A stretch of DNA of 61,137 bases, taken from the IMG/VR virus record IMGVR_UViG_3300035183_000546, positions 1-61,137 of that record; one strand, 5' to 3'. The notes under the pieces were generated by a model. The model saw nothing but the letters and a program-made list of their open reading frames with translations, made no database searches and had not been told where the DNA came from. Position 1 is the stretch's first letter; the number at the start of each line of letters is the position of its first letter. Positions 9,647 to 18,634 of the stretch are shown here, piece by piece. Source of the stretch: a virus (lineage: Duplodnaviria; Caudoviricetes). Made by a program: the position numbers and the translations under genes.

Positions 9647-10997
9647 GTTATTGGGTAACAGAGCCTTAGTGTTACCCCATATCAGTGATTCTGCTATACT
9701 TTTAAGAGAGGCTCCAGAAAACGAAAAGTTGGTTAAAAGTTTAGAGTTAGAAAAGCTGGGGCTTTTTGAAGTGGCTTCTCCCGATTTTAACCGTTTTTAC
9801 CCTAACACTACACCCCAGGATTTCGAACCCCGAGAAGAAGAGTTTGTAAAACCTGTATTCAGGATGCTTTCGGCTACAATAGTTAACCCTGCTAATCCTA
9901 TTGACTTTAGTAAACCGGGAGTATTAAAAGCTTCCATGGAAAAACTTTATGGCCAAACAGTTTATGCTAACCATGAAACTTCTGTGGGCAATGAATTAGG
10001 GGTGGTATCTCAGGTAGTATGGCAAAATAGTTATACCACTGATAAGGGTATAAAGATACCCGCGGGTATTAATGGTGTTTTATTAATTGATGGTAAGGCT
10101 AATCCTAAAATTGCTCGGGCTTTGAGCTTAACGCCCCCAGCTATACATTCCAATTCAGTATCCTTAACGTTCGAATGGGCTCAATCGCATCCCAAAATGT
10201 CCCAAGAAGAATTTTTTGCAAAGCTTGGTTCTAGGGATTCAGAGGGTAACTTAGTCCGGAGAATAGTCGTTCAAATTTTAGCCTATTACGAAACTTCTCT
10301 GGTACCACATGGAGCAGATCCTTTTGCACAGCAAATACGAGAAAGCCAGATAGTTAATCCTGTGTGGGCTAAAAACCGAGAAGTATTAACTGCTAATCAA
10401 AAACAGGCGAGTACTATGTTTTATTATGATTACACTAATATACTCGCTTTATCTAACAACTCAACACTATCCGAATTTACTGATGTAATAACAACTAATA
10501 TGCGGGATCATCTAATACTTATTGCTACTCTTTTAAACATTGAGTTAACCGACAAATCAGATGAAGTATTGGTCCAAGAAATTTTGAGCCAAACTAAAGA
10601 GCTTAAGCATAAATTAGCTATGCTGGACACACTTCAAGCTGAAAGCAACCAACTCAAGCAAGAAGTAGCCAGTTTGCAAGATAAACTAAATGCGCAACAG
10701 AGTTTAGTTGCACTTGGCGAAAAAACTAAAGCAGATTTAAGAATAGAAGCTAAGCGTATTTATACAATCCTGAAGGATGGTAAACCCGAAGCAACTATCT
10801 TAAGCATTTTGGATAATGCTGAAGTGGATACCCTAAAAGTTTTACATGCTGAGTACGCTGAGCAGCTTGAAGCTAAGTTTCCGCTGAGCTGCGGGGATTG
10901 TAAAAGCTTAAACGTATCTAGGGCTTCAGCTGTGGTAGGTGAGCCTTCTCCGACTACCACGATTAAGCGTAAAACTGTAAAGTCTGTTTTTGATTAA
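9627..10997 (+). CDS. prohead protease / scaffold fusion
   Basis: Between portal and capsid; ANHE...SNSVS...ETSLV protease-like N-domain, coiled-coil C-domain. Confidence 0.7.
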   Translation: MPLMSIKLLGNRALVLPHISDSAILLREAPENEKLVKSLELEKLGLFEVASPDFNRFYPNTTPQDFEPREEEFVKPVFRMLSATIVNPANPIDFSKPGVLKASMEKLYGQTVYANHETSVGNELGVVSQVVWQNSYTTDKGIKIPAGINGVLLIDGKANPKIARALSLTPPAIHSNSVSLTFEWAQSHPKMSQEEFFAKLGSRDSEGNLVRRIVVQILAYYETSLVPHGADPFAQQIRESQIVNPVWAKNREVLTANQKQASTMFYYDYTNILALSNNSTLSEFTDVITTNMRDHLILIATLLNIELTDKSDEVLVQEILSQTKELKHKLAMLDTLQAESNQLKQEVASLQDKLNAQQSLVALGEKTKADLRIEAKRIYTILKDGKPEATILSILDNAEVDTLKVLHAEYAEQLEAKFPLSCGDCKSLNVSRASAVVGEPSPTTTIKRKTVKSVFD

Positions 10998-11077
10998 TCA
11001 GCCAGACTAAGTTAAGCCCTATAAATCTTATCGCTGTTTTCTCTTAACCATAGATCTCATCTCTAAACATTTTTAAT

Positions 11078-11809
11078 ATGAGTGGAATTACCATAGTTAC
11101 CAATACTCCCAAGGCTGTAATCAGCAAACACGAGTCACACAAATTACATATTGCCCTTGAAGCCGAGGGCCGAAAAAGCTTACTCACTTTCAGTGCTGCA
11201 TTAGTAGCATCAAACACTATTAATGGTACTGTTAATGGTAATCCTATCCCACAGGTAACTTTTGCTGTAGATAGCGATTCTACAATGGCTGCGATTGCTG
11301 CGGCTATCGCATCAATGGCGGGAGTTAAATCAGCTAATGTGATTCAAGTTGCTGGTGGAACTTCAAATGATAGGGTAATCGAAGTTATCAGCGAGGATCC
11401 CAATACGATTGTATCACTTACTGGATGGGCTGTAACTAATGGTGCTAGTCAAGCTACTATAACCATTAGCGTAAGCGATAAGCGAATTAAATTGGGCATG
11501 CCCGTTCAAATTAATGCTTTGGGTAAACTAGAGCCACTTACTGCAGCTAATGCTGAGATAGATATGGTGGGTGTATGTATTCAAGAAGTAAGTGCAGGCG
11601 AAGAAGCTACCATTGCAGCTAGAGGTTATATGGTTGTGAAGGCTAAAGCTTCTGGAGCTGTTACTCCAGGTAAAGTTGCTTATGCTGGATATGATATGGG
11701 AGCAGGTAGGCCTTTAGTTACTAGTTCCTCAGTGACTGCTGCTAATCTATATGGTTGGGCGCTTGCAGCTGCAACTGCAGATGCCGAAGTAGCTGTAGTA
11801 GTTTGGTAA
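11078..11809 (+). CDS. capsid decoration/cement protein with inserted domain
   Basis: Immediately before the capsid gene; IKLGMPVQI...VGVC...GYMVV...GWAL beta-tulip-like pattern. Confidence 0.7.
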   Translation: MSGITIVTNTPKAVISKHESHKLHIALEAEGRKSLLTFSAALVASNTINGTVNGNPIPQVTFAVDSDSTMAAIAAAIASMAGVKSANVIQVAGGTSNDRVIEVISEDPNTIVSLTGWAVTNGASQATITISVSDKRIKLGMPVQINALGKLEPLTAANAEIDMVGVCIQEVSAGEEATIAARGYMVVKAKASGAVTPGKVAYAGYDMGAGRPLVTSSSVTAANLYGWALAAATADAEVAVVVW

Positions 11810-11847
11810 GAATCGATTCATAAAAACTTTTAAAACACTCTTAACGT

Positions 11848-12945
11848 ATGGACCTTAAACGCTTTAAAGCAAGCACTATTAAAGACAGCTTATCTGAAAA
11901 GCTTACTGAAATATCTAGGTTACGCCAGCAGGGCGAACAAGATATTTCTCTAACTGAACTTGCTAGGGAAAATTTTAACATGAGCGTACCAGATTTGGTA
12001 GCTGATCTCGGTATCGAATTAGATAGAGACACAGTTAACAATATAGTAACTCATGCGGATTACCAAAGTATTCGTTGGGTAGTACCCGAAATTTTTAGGG
12101 AAGCTTTAGCTTTGGGCTTACGCAAAAGTCCCATTTGGCCTAATATAACTGCTACGGAGCAAAGCATAAAAGGCTTATCAATTATTTCTCCGTATGTAAA
12201 CATGAGTGATGCTTCACCCGAGAAGGTTAACGAGGCTGAAACTATTCCTTTGGGTTCTATTTCAGTGGGACAAAAGGCGGTAAGCATTTTTAAAATTGGT
12301 AAGGGTATTAAGATGAGCTACGAAGTACGTAATTACGTATCTTTAAACGTGCTATCTATTTTCTTCAGGGATTTTGGGGTTAAAATGGGGTATGCTATGG
12401 ATTCCCTGGCGATCAATACGCTAATCAATGGAGATCAACCCGATGGTTCAGAATCTGCTGCAGTAATTGGTATAACTACTCCGGGTACTTTTGCTTATAA
12501 AGATTTACTCCGGATTTGGATTAGAGCTTCTAGAATGGGGCGCAATTTTAATACTATCGTAGGAGGCGAAGCAGCTGCATTGATAACCTTAGATTTACCA
12601 GAATTTAAGAATAGAGCTACGGGCACTACTGAAGCTAACCTACGCTTACGTACCCCAGTACCTAATACTGCGGACTATTTCATCCATGGAAATATACCTG
12701 CTAATCAGCAACTTTTGATTGATCCTTCTGCGGCATTGATAAAATATAATGCCCAACCTCTGCTTATTGAATCAGAAAAGATAGTATCTAATCAAACTGA
12801 AGCTGCTTATGCTACTTTAACTACTGGCTTTTCAAAAGCGTTCAGAGATGCTAGCTTACTAGTAGATAGCTCTTTGAGTATATCCACTGCTGGCTTCCCG
12901 GCTTATATGGATGTAGATGGGCAGCTTAATGAGCTGATTGCTTAA
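11848..12945 (+). CDS. major capsid protein (HK97 fold)
   Basis: 365 aa; EKVNEAETIP, KIGKGIKMSYE patterns; position; strong terminator downstream. Confidence 0.88.
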   Translation: MDLKRFKASTIKDSLSEKLTEISRLRQQGEQDISLTELARENFNMSVPDLVADLGIELDRDTVNNIVTHADYQSIRWVVPEIFREALALGLRKSPIWPNITATEQSIKGLSIISPYVNMSDASPEKVNEAETIPLGSISVGQKAVSIFKIGKGIKMSYEVRNYVSLNVLSIFFRDFGVKMGYAMDSLAINTLINGDQPDGSESAAVIGITTPGTFAYKDLLRIWIRASRMGRNFNTIVGGEAAALITLDLPEFKNRATGTTEANLRLRTPVPNTADYFIHGNIPANQQLLIDPSAALIKYNAQPLLIESEKIVSNQTEAAYATLTTGFSKAFRDASLLVDSSLSISTAGFPAYMDVDGQLNELIA

Positions 12946-12970
12946 CAGTTTTTTTAGTCCAGGTTAATTT

Positions 12971-13001
12971 AAAGGGGAGCTAGATCTAGCTCCCCTTTTT
13001 T
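12971..13001 (+). terminator. Rho-independent terminator
   Basis: Perfect 28-bp palindrome AAAGGGGAGCTAGATCTAGCTCCCCTTT plus T-run. Confidence 0.88.
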
Positions 13002-13042
13002 CTAAGCGACTATTTCATTGTAACTTTATAAGCTTAAACAAC

Positions 13043-13423
13043 ATGAAAAAAAATTTCTATTACAAATTAGGAGGTAAAGCTAATTCTTTTTATGATCCCT
13101 ATAATGGGCTAAGTGTATTACCTTCAAAGCCAGGAGTATGTTCTAGGGTAGGGGCTTTAACCAAAAAAGCTGCTAGTACTGGACATATAATTCCTATTAC
13201 TGAAGCTGAATACCTAAAATTAATTGGTCAGCCTTCAGATACAGCTTCAACTGATGATACACCAGCTGTAGAAAATAGTACAGAGTCTGAAATTTCTTTA
13301 GAAGAAAAACTAAAAGCTTTACCGGGTATTAGCACTAAGAAGGTTAAAAAGGTGCTAAAATGGGATGAAGATGATATACACGAATTCATCGCTAATTACG
13401 ACCCAGAAGAGGATGCTAATTAA
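13043..13423 (+). CDS. hypothetical virion-module protein
   Basis: ORF after the capsid terminator. Confidence 0.7.
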   Translation: MKKNFYYKLGGKANSFYDPYNGLSVLPSKPGVCSRVGALTKKAASTGHIIPITEAEYLKLIGQPSDTASTDDTPAVENSTESEISLEEKLKALPGISTKKVKKVLKWDEDDIHEFIANYDPEEDAN

Positions 13424-13441
13424 TCTGGAAGATTTTTAGTT

Positions 13442-14554
13442 ATGGTTCCAGTAGCCCAGTTTGTAAGTAGTGCAAACTATTTAACTGTATCCTTCACAGA
13501 TACTTCTTTAAATTCACCTACAAGCTGGGCTTGGGATTTTGGGGATGGTAGCCCTGTAAATAATAGCCAAAATCCCATACATACTTACAGTGCTCCCGGA
13601 TTATACGCAGTAACTTTAACTGCAACCAATGCTGACGGTAGTAGTAGTATAACCATTAATCTATCTATAGGTATTCCCCAGGCTAATTTTACTTTTAGCC
13701 CTACACTATTGGTAGTAATTTTTACAGATACATCTACTAATTTTCCCGTGGCTTGGGAATGGGATTTTGGGGATGGTAATACAAGTACTAATCAAAATCC
13801 TACTCATACTTACGCAACTCCAGGAATTTATACTGTAAGTCTAAAAGCTATTAATGCGGGGGGTTTTACAGTTAAATCTAGGACTATTCAGGTTAGTGAT
13901 AGTCCCATATTACCTTTACCCCTAAGGGAATTTATACTTTACAGGTTACCCCAAGGTATAGATTTTGATCCCGAATTAATAGATGCGTTGATTGCTAAAT
14001 GGCAAATGTATTTAGCTCCTCTAGTAACTCCCCCGGTAAATATAGATAATGTATTCTATGAATCTAGTTATCCTCCACTAGTAAACGTGCTTATAGCTAG
14101 CTTAGTAGTATATGAATTACTTATAGATACAGCTAATAATCTAATGCTTAGCTTAGCTTCTACTTCTGGGGGCCAAAGTAGTGGGTCGGGGAGCTCTAGT
14201 ACTAGTGGATCAACCGGTGGTATAAAGAAAATAGTTACAGGCCCAACCGAAGTAGAGTTTCATAACCCTGCAGAAATACTACGGAACTATTTTAAGCAAA
14301 GTAATTCAAGTAGTAATCGTATAGGCCAAGGTAACAGTCCCATGGACGGGATTAAAAATGATATTTGTATGTTGGCTCAGCGATTGGGTATCTGGTTACC
14401 CATATGTCCTCCTATATCAGCTCCCGTATTGGCTCCTTTGATAACTAGCCCAACTCAGGAAAGCATAGGCGAAACTTCTAATTATTATGGGTGGGTAGCT
14501 TCTAAAGCTTGTGCTTGGGTAGATTATGCTCTATATGGATTTAGGTGTATGTAG
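13442..14554 (+). CDS. PKD-domain (x2) protein, probable head-tail adaptor
   Basis: Two WDFGDG...QNPxHTY..PG.Y.V.L.A.N repeats; C-half [13 protein letters not shown]; neck position. Confidence 0.75.
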   Translation: MVPVAQFVSSANYLTVSFTDTSLNSPTSWAWDFGDGSPVNNSQNPIHTYSAPGLYAVTLTATNADGSSSITINLSIGIPQANFTFSPTLLVVIFTDTSTNFPVAWEWDFGDGNTSTNQNPTHTYATPGIYTVSLKAINAGGFTVKSRTIQVSDSPILPLPLREFILYRLPQGIDFDPELIDALIAKWQMYLAPLVTPPVNIDNVFYESSYPPLVNVLIASLVVYELLIDTANNLMLSLASTSGGQSSGSGSSSTSGSTGGIKKIVTGPTEVEFHNPAEILRNYFKQSNSSSNRIGQGNSPMDGIKNDICMLAQRLGIWLPICPPISAPVLAPLITSPTQESIGETSNYYGWVASKACAWVDYALYGFRCM

Positions 14555-14556
14555 TT

Positions 14557-15018
14557 ATGGTAGACTTCATAGGACCATCAGCTTGGGCTAATTATAAAAA
14601 TATAATACGGGATGCCCATGATACTTTTTTTCAGGATATTATAACTTGGCAAAAGTTTGAGTATGGCTTAGATTATAATTTAGAAGATAATCTGGATAAA
14701 ACTGTAAGCTATATAGAACTTAAATGCCTTGTTAGATATAATGATTTTAGGGTATGGGAAGCTAATCGTAACACTACTTCGGGAGAAGTAGATAGAGAAA
14801 ATATAGCAGTACTATTAAATGTACGCTACTTAGCTGAACTGGGTTTGCTTGACGCTGAGCTAAAGCTAGCTATAAACCAAGCTTTAGACCGCTTTATTCT
14901 TAGGGGTTTAGTATATAAAGCTACCGGCATCTCCCATACTGCACAAGCTCATCAAGAGCCCTTACTAATACAACTAAATTTAACTCGCGATATTTATAAA
15001 ACTGGTAACCCACTTTAG
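14557..15018 (+). CDS. putative head-closure/neck protein
   Basis: Gene order; beta-rich, DRFILRGLVY. Confidence 0.6.
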   Translation: MVDFIGPSAWANYKNIIRDAHDTFFQDIITWQKFEYGLDYNLEDNLDKTVSYIELKCLVRYNDFRVWEANRNTTSGEVDRENIAVLLNVRYLAELGLLDAELKLAINQALDRFILRGLVYKATGISHTAQAHQEPLLIQLNLTRDIYKTGNPL

Positions 15019-15020
15019 TT

Positions 15021-15572
15021 GTGGCTAAGAAGATTCCCTTTATAGGCTTTGAGTTAACAGGGGATTGGCTGAAGGCTCATAGGTATTTTCAGAATTTACC
15101 CCTAGCGATAAACCGAAGTGTATTAAGTTGCCAAAGAGAGTTAGCTTTAAAAGTATATAGACTAGTAAGATCACACTTGAGGAATCAGGATATTCCGGGA
15201 TGGGATCCCTTAAAGAAGGGAACTATGCAAGCCAGAGTACGAAAGGGATTTTCAGAAGATGATGCTTTATTAGCTAGTAAAGATTACTATTTCCATATAG
15301 AAATGTGGCGGGAAGATAAGGTATACCATGTTGGGGTCCGTAAAGGGAAAAAGCATGCTACTTCTAACTTACACATAGATCAAATAGCTTCCATACATGA
15401 GGCCTGGTCATTCACCCGCGGAAAACCCCACCGGCCACTGTGGTCTTATACTTTCAATACTAAACCTCCTCATGGTATAGGGGGTATATTGGGAGTTAAA
15501 AGGTTTTATGTAGAAACTTTAGTACATAAGCTTTTACTAAGGGGTTATTATGTAAATATCGAAAAACGATGA
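15021..15572 (+). CDS. putative neck/tail-completion protein (virion morphogenesis family)
   Basis: WDPLKKGT...RKG, IASIHE, PHRPLW motifs; gene order. Confidence 0.65.
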   Translation: MAKKIPFIGFELTGDWLKAHRYFQNLPLAINRSVLSCQRELALKVYRLVRSHLRNQDIPGWDPLKKGTMQARVRKGFSEDDALLASKDYYFHIEMWREDKVYHVGVRKGKKHATSNLHIDQIASIHEAWSFTRGKPHRPLWSYTFNTKPPHGIGGILGVKRFYVETLVHKLLLRGYYVNIEKR

Positions 15573-16294
15573 GTGTATCTACACCTTTTGTAAATACTGC
15601 TGAAATAGTAGAAAGAACTATTCTGCATAATCTACGCGTGCATTTAGTAGCTAAAAATTACTTACCCGATATAACCTTATATACTAATGATATTAGTGGA
15701 ACTACCGGTTATAATAATGCTATGGCTGCTATTAGAAGGGATAAAGGTTTTTGTATAGAAGTTTTTGGAGTAGCTAGCCCGCATGCTAGGGACCTTAAAA
15801 GAATACCCCGAATAGTAGTAATACCCGACCAAGCTTTACCAGGAGATATAGGGGGTAACCCAGATAGAATTTATGCTGGAAAAGGGCCAGACTCAACTGC
15901 CCCTGAGGGTTTTACCGCTTTAGTTTTACCCCCTCAAACTACTCACTTTATATATGATATACATGTAGCTTGGAATGAGGCTCGCCAAAAACGTGTGCTT
16001 GAGCAAATTGTGGGATTGGCTTTACCTAAGCGAGGTTACATACCCCTATATGTAGATCCAGTAACTTTTGCCGAATCTAAAATGTTTATCCGTCAAATAA
16101 GCCATCGTAATATAGAGTCTGAGCAAGACGGTATAGGCGAATCAATTTATACTTATGAAGTACCTGATATCTTTGAAACTTCTCCTGAAACTGTAGCTAC
16201 GGGTATAGCTCCTATTAATGAAATAACTGTAGAACATACACCGGATAGTAGCGAAAAATCTCAACCCCTGACTAGCTTTAAAGTAAACACTTAA
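15569..16294 (+). CDS. putative tail terminator
   Basis: Gene order; IPRIVV motif. Confidence 0.55.
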   Translation: MSVSTPFVNTAEIVERTILHNLRVHLVAKNYLPDITLYTNDISGTTGYNNAMAAIRRDKGFCIEVFGVASPHARDLKRIPRIVVIPDQALPGDIGGNPDRIYAGKGPDSTAPEGFTALVLPPQTTHFIYDIHVAWNEARQKRVLEQIVGLALPKRGYIPLYVDPVTFAESKMFIRQISHRNIESEQDGIGESIYTYEVPDIFETSPETVATGIAPINEITVEHTPDSSEKSQPLTSFKVNT

Positions 16295-16298
16295 TAAA

Positions 16299-16709
16299 AT
16301 GGCTCAGCAAGACATCTTATATATGGGGGAAGATCAAGAAGTAGAGTTTACATTAACTAAAAGTGATAATACACCCCTAAATTTAGCTACTGAAGTGCAA
16401 GGATTACTGGTAGTTTTTTATAGAGCTTTGGATAATAAACCTATACCAGATGGTAGGTATAGTATGAATCCCGCAACGGGGTATAATTCCACTGATTTCG
16501 AAATTGTAGATGCTGCTGGAGGAAAATTTAAGATAAAACTTCAGGCTGAAGTAACTCGGGGTATTGCTTATGAAACTACTCTTCTTTGTGAGCTTAAGTT
16601 AAAATTTAGTGATCCCGATTTTTCTAACAATGATTTTGAAGTCATAGAACGCCAGATAGTAATTGCTCAGGCTAAGAAAGCTTTAACTTCTAATGAATCA
16701 ACCTACTAA
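16299..16709 (+). CDS. BppU-like beta-sandwich adaptor protein
   Basis: GEDQEVEFTL...PLNL...IVDAAGGKFKIKL..EVT pattern. Confidence 0.6.
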   Translation: MAQQDILYMGEDQEVEFTLTKSDNTPLNLATEVQGLLVVFYRALDNKPIPDGRYSMNPATGYNSTDFEIVDAAGGKFKIKLQAEVTRGIAYETTLLCELKLKFSDPDFSNNDFEVIERQIVIAQAKKALTSNESTY

Positions 16710-16711
16710 TT

Positions 16712-17086
16712 ATGAGCTGTGCTTTACAAATAGCTGTAAGGCTTAAAAATCCAATATCAGTATCCACGGCATTAAAAGCAAAGCTAAAGGTAGTAGTTAA
16801 CTATGGATTTTCAGTAATAACTTTAGGCCCTCCCAGTAATATGCGTATAGCTCAAAAACCCAGTAATGGTACTTATGGTAGTATAGTGGGGGATTTAGAT
16901 GGAGTTAACACAGTATTTCAAATAAACCCCTATGTTTCGGGTAAACTTTTAGTGTTTTTGAACGGGGTAGTTCAACAACAAGGAAACCCCAATGGAGATT
17001 TTATAGAATTAGATCCGAGCTTGGGAACTATACAATTTGCTTCACCCCCGGCTAGTACAGATATTATTACTATAGCTTATGAATAA
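16712..17086 (+). CDS. small virion beta-domain protein
   Basis: DGVNTVF...LLVFLNGVVQ...DF...TIQFASPP..TDII.IAY pattern common in phage baseplate/fibre proteins. Confidence 0.6.
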   Translation: MSCALQIAVRLKNPISVSTALKAKLKVVVNYGFSVITLGPPSNMRIAQKPSNGTYGSIVGDLDGVNTVFQINPYVSGKLLVFLNGVVQQQGNPNGDFIELDPSLGTIQFASPPASTDIITIAYE

Positions 17087-18242
17087 CTTAAAACTAATCT
17101 TAGTAGTGAGTATACTAGCTTTTTGTACTCCCTTAGTGAATTTTGCACAAACTCTGATAAATGCAAATCAGATCCGTAAGGATCTGACTTTACGCACTGT
17201 AAATAGCAATCAGCTGGGCGTAGATAGTGTTAGTTTAATTGCTACTAAGCATAACCTACTTAAACTGTATACTTCAAGCATAGGTGTAAATGTAATACCC
17301 ATGGGTACAGATTTGTTAAGGTTATGGAAAACTGATACTGTAAGGTTAGTTTTAGATGGATCTCCGGGTATACAGAAAAATTTAGTTTTTAAATCTGATA
17401 GCCTTTATCGCTGGACTGTGGGAGTTGAGGGAAGTGAATTGGGTAGTAATCAGGGTACTAATTTAGTAGTAAAAAGGTTCGCAGATAATGGTACTTATAT
17501 AGATGATGTACTATCTATAGTAAGGAGTAATAAAACTACTACTTTTACAGGTAGTTTGTATGCAAATAATTTATCGGGTATAAATACTGGGGACGAAACT
17601 ACTAGTTCAATTAAATCTAAACTGGGCTCAGCTTCTTCTGTTAGTGATGGTTATCTATTACAGGCTGATTGGAATACTTTTAATGCTAAACAAGATGCTT
17701 TAGGTTTTATTCCCGAAAACTCAGCTAATAAATCTACAAGTACTGAATTAGGCACTAGTGATGTACTCTATCCTACTCAGAATGCTGTTAAAGCTTATGT
17801 AGATAGCCGTAGAATTGTTAAAAGCTCTACTGTAGCTACTGTAACATCTTCTACTTCACTTACTACTTTAAATAATTTATCTACTACTTTACCTGCTAGT
17901 ACTCGGTGGCATTTCGAGGCTAGTGGTAGTATAAGTAGTTCGTCTACAAATGGTGCAAGGTTGGGTTTATTAGTACCCACGGGAGCTACTGTGTATTATG
18001 AGATTATCGCAAATAATAGTTCAGCAACAAACATAATTAGTAATGCTTCTAGTTTTTCAAGCTCTGCTGAAATACCCATAACATTTGGGGCTGTAGCATC
18101 AACAGTAATGCAATGGAAGATTTCTGGGCTTATAGTTACTACTGGGAGCGCTGGTACTTTTGGAATCCAGGGGCGTACTGCGAACGCAGCTAATACCGTT
18201 ACTTTTAATATAGGAAGTAGAATGAGATTAGAAAAAGAGTAG
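17079..18242 (+). CDS. fibre-like protein with N-terminal signal peptide
   Basis: MNNLKLILVVSILAFCTPLVNFA|Q; fibre-type motifs RWTVG..E.GSN.G, SGINTGDET, DWNTFNAKQ, YPTQNAVKAYVD. Confidence 0.7.
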   Translation: MNNLKLILVVSILAFCTPLVNFAQTLINANQIRKDLTLRTVNSNQLGVDSVSLIATKHNLLKLYTSSIGVNVIPMGTDLLRLWKTDTVRLVLDGSPGIQKNLVFKSDSLYRWTVGVEGSELGSNQGTNLVVKRFADNGTYIDDVLSIVRSNKTTTFTGSLYANNLSGINTGDETTSSIKSKLGSASSVSDGYLLQADWNTFNAKQDALGFIPENSANKSTSTELGTSDVLYPTQNAVKAYVDSRRIVKSSTVATVTSSTSLTTLNNLSTTLPASTRWHFEASGSISSSSTNGARLGLLVPTGATVYYEIIANNSSATNIISNASSFSSSAEIPITFGAVASTVMQWKISGLIVTTGSAGTFGIQGRTANAANTVTFNIGSRMRLEKE

Positions 18243-18272
18243 TAAATTCATTAAGCTATAAGTAAGAGTATT

Positions 18273-18572
18273 ATGTTCTTACCCGAATTATCATTAAGTT
18301 ATTTATTGTATTCTTACAGTGGGACGAGTTGGGACCCGGGGGTTTACCAAACGATCACATTGATATTACAACTATTAGCTTTACCCTTATGGGGGTATAT
18401 TACAATTAAGATTAAAAAGCTTAGTAGAAGATCTGCTAATAGGGATATGAAAATAGAAGCTTTAATACATGCTAATAAGCATGTTAATGGTGATCGAGCA
18501 AAAGAGTTTTCCGAAATATATTCTCAGCGCTATAACGAACTAGTTCAGGAATATAAGTTTTTAGACGGGTAA
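18273..18572 (+). CDS. single-TM membrane protein (holin-like?)
   Basis: ITLILQLLALPLWGYITI followed by a basic/helical C-terminus. Confidence 0.55.
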   Translation: MFLPELSLSYLLYSYSGTSWDPGVYQTITLILQLLALPLWGYITIKIKKLSRRSANRDMKIEALIHANKHVNGDRAKEFSEIYSQRYNELVQEYKFLDG

Positions 18573-18634
18573 GCTACAAGATTACTACTACTTAGAATAC
18601 TTATAAGGATTGAAAATACTATAATACCAATAAT

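Noticed and set aside
17079-17126. Lipoprotein lipobox (ILAFC) in the fibre-like protein
   Set aside because: Phe at -1 is non-canonical; the Ala|Gln SPI site at residues 23/24 fits better
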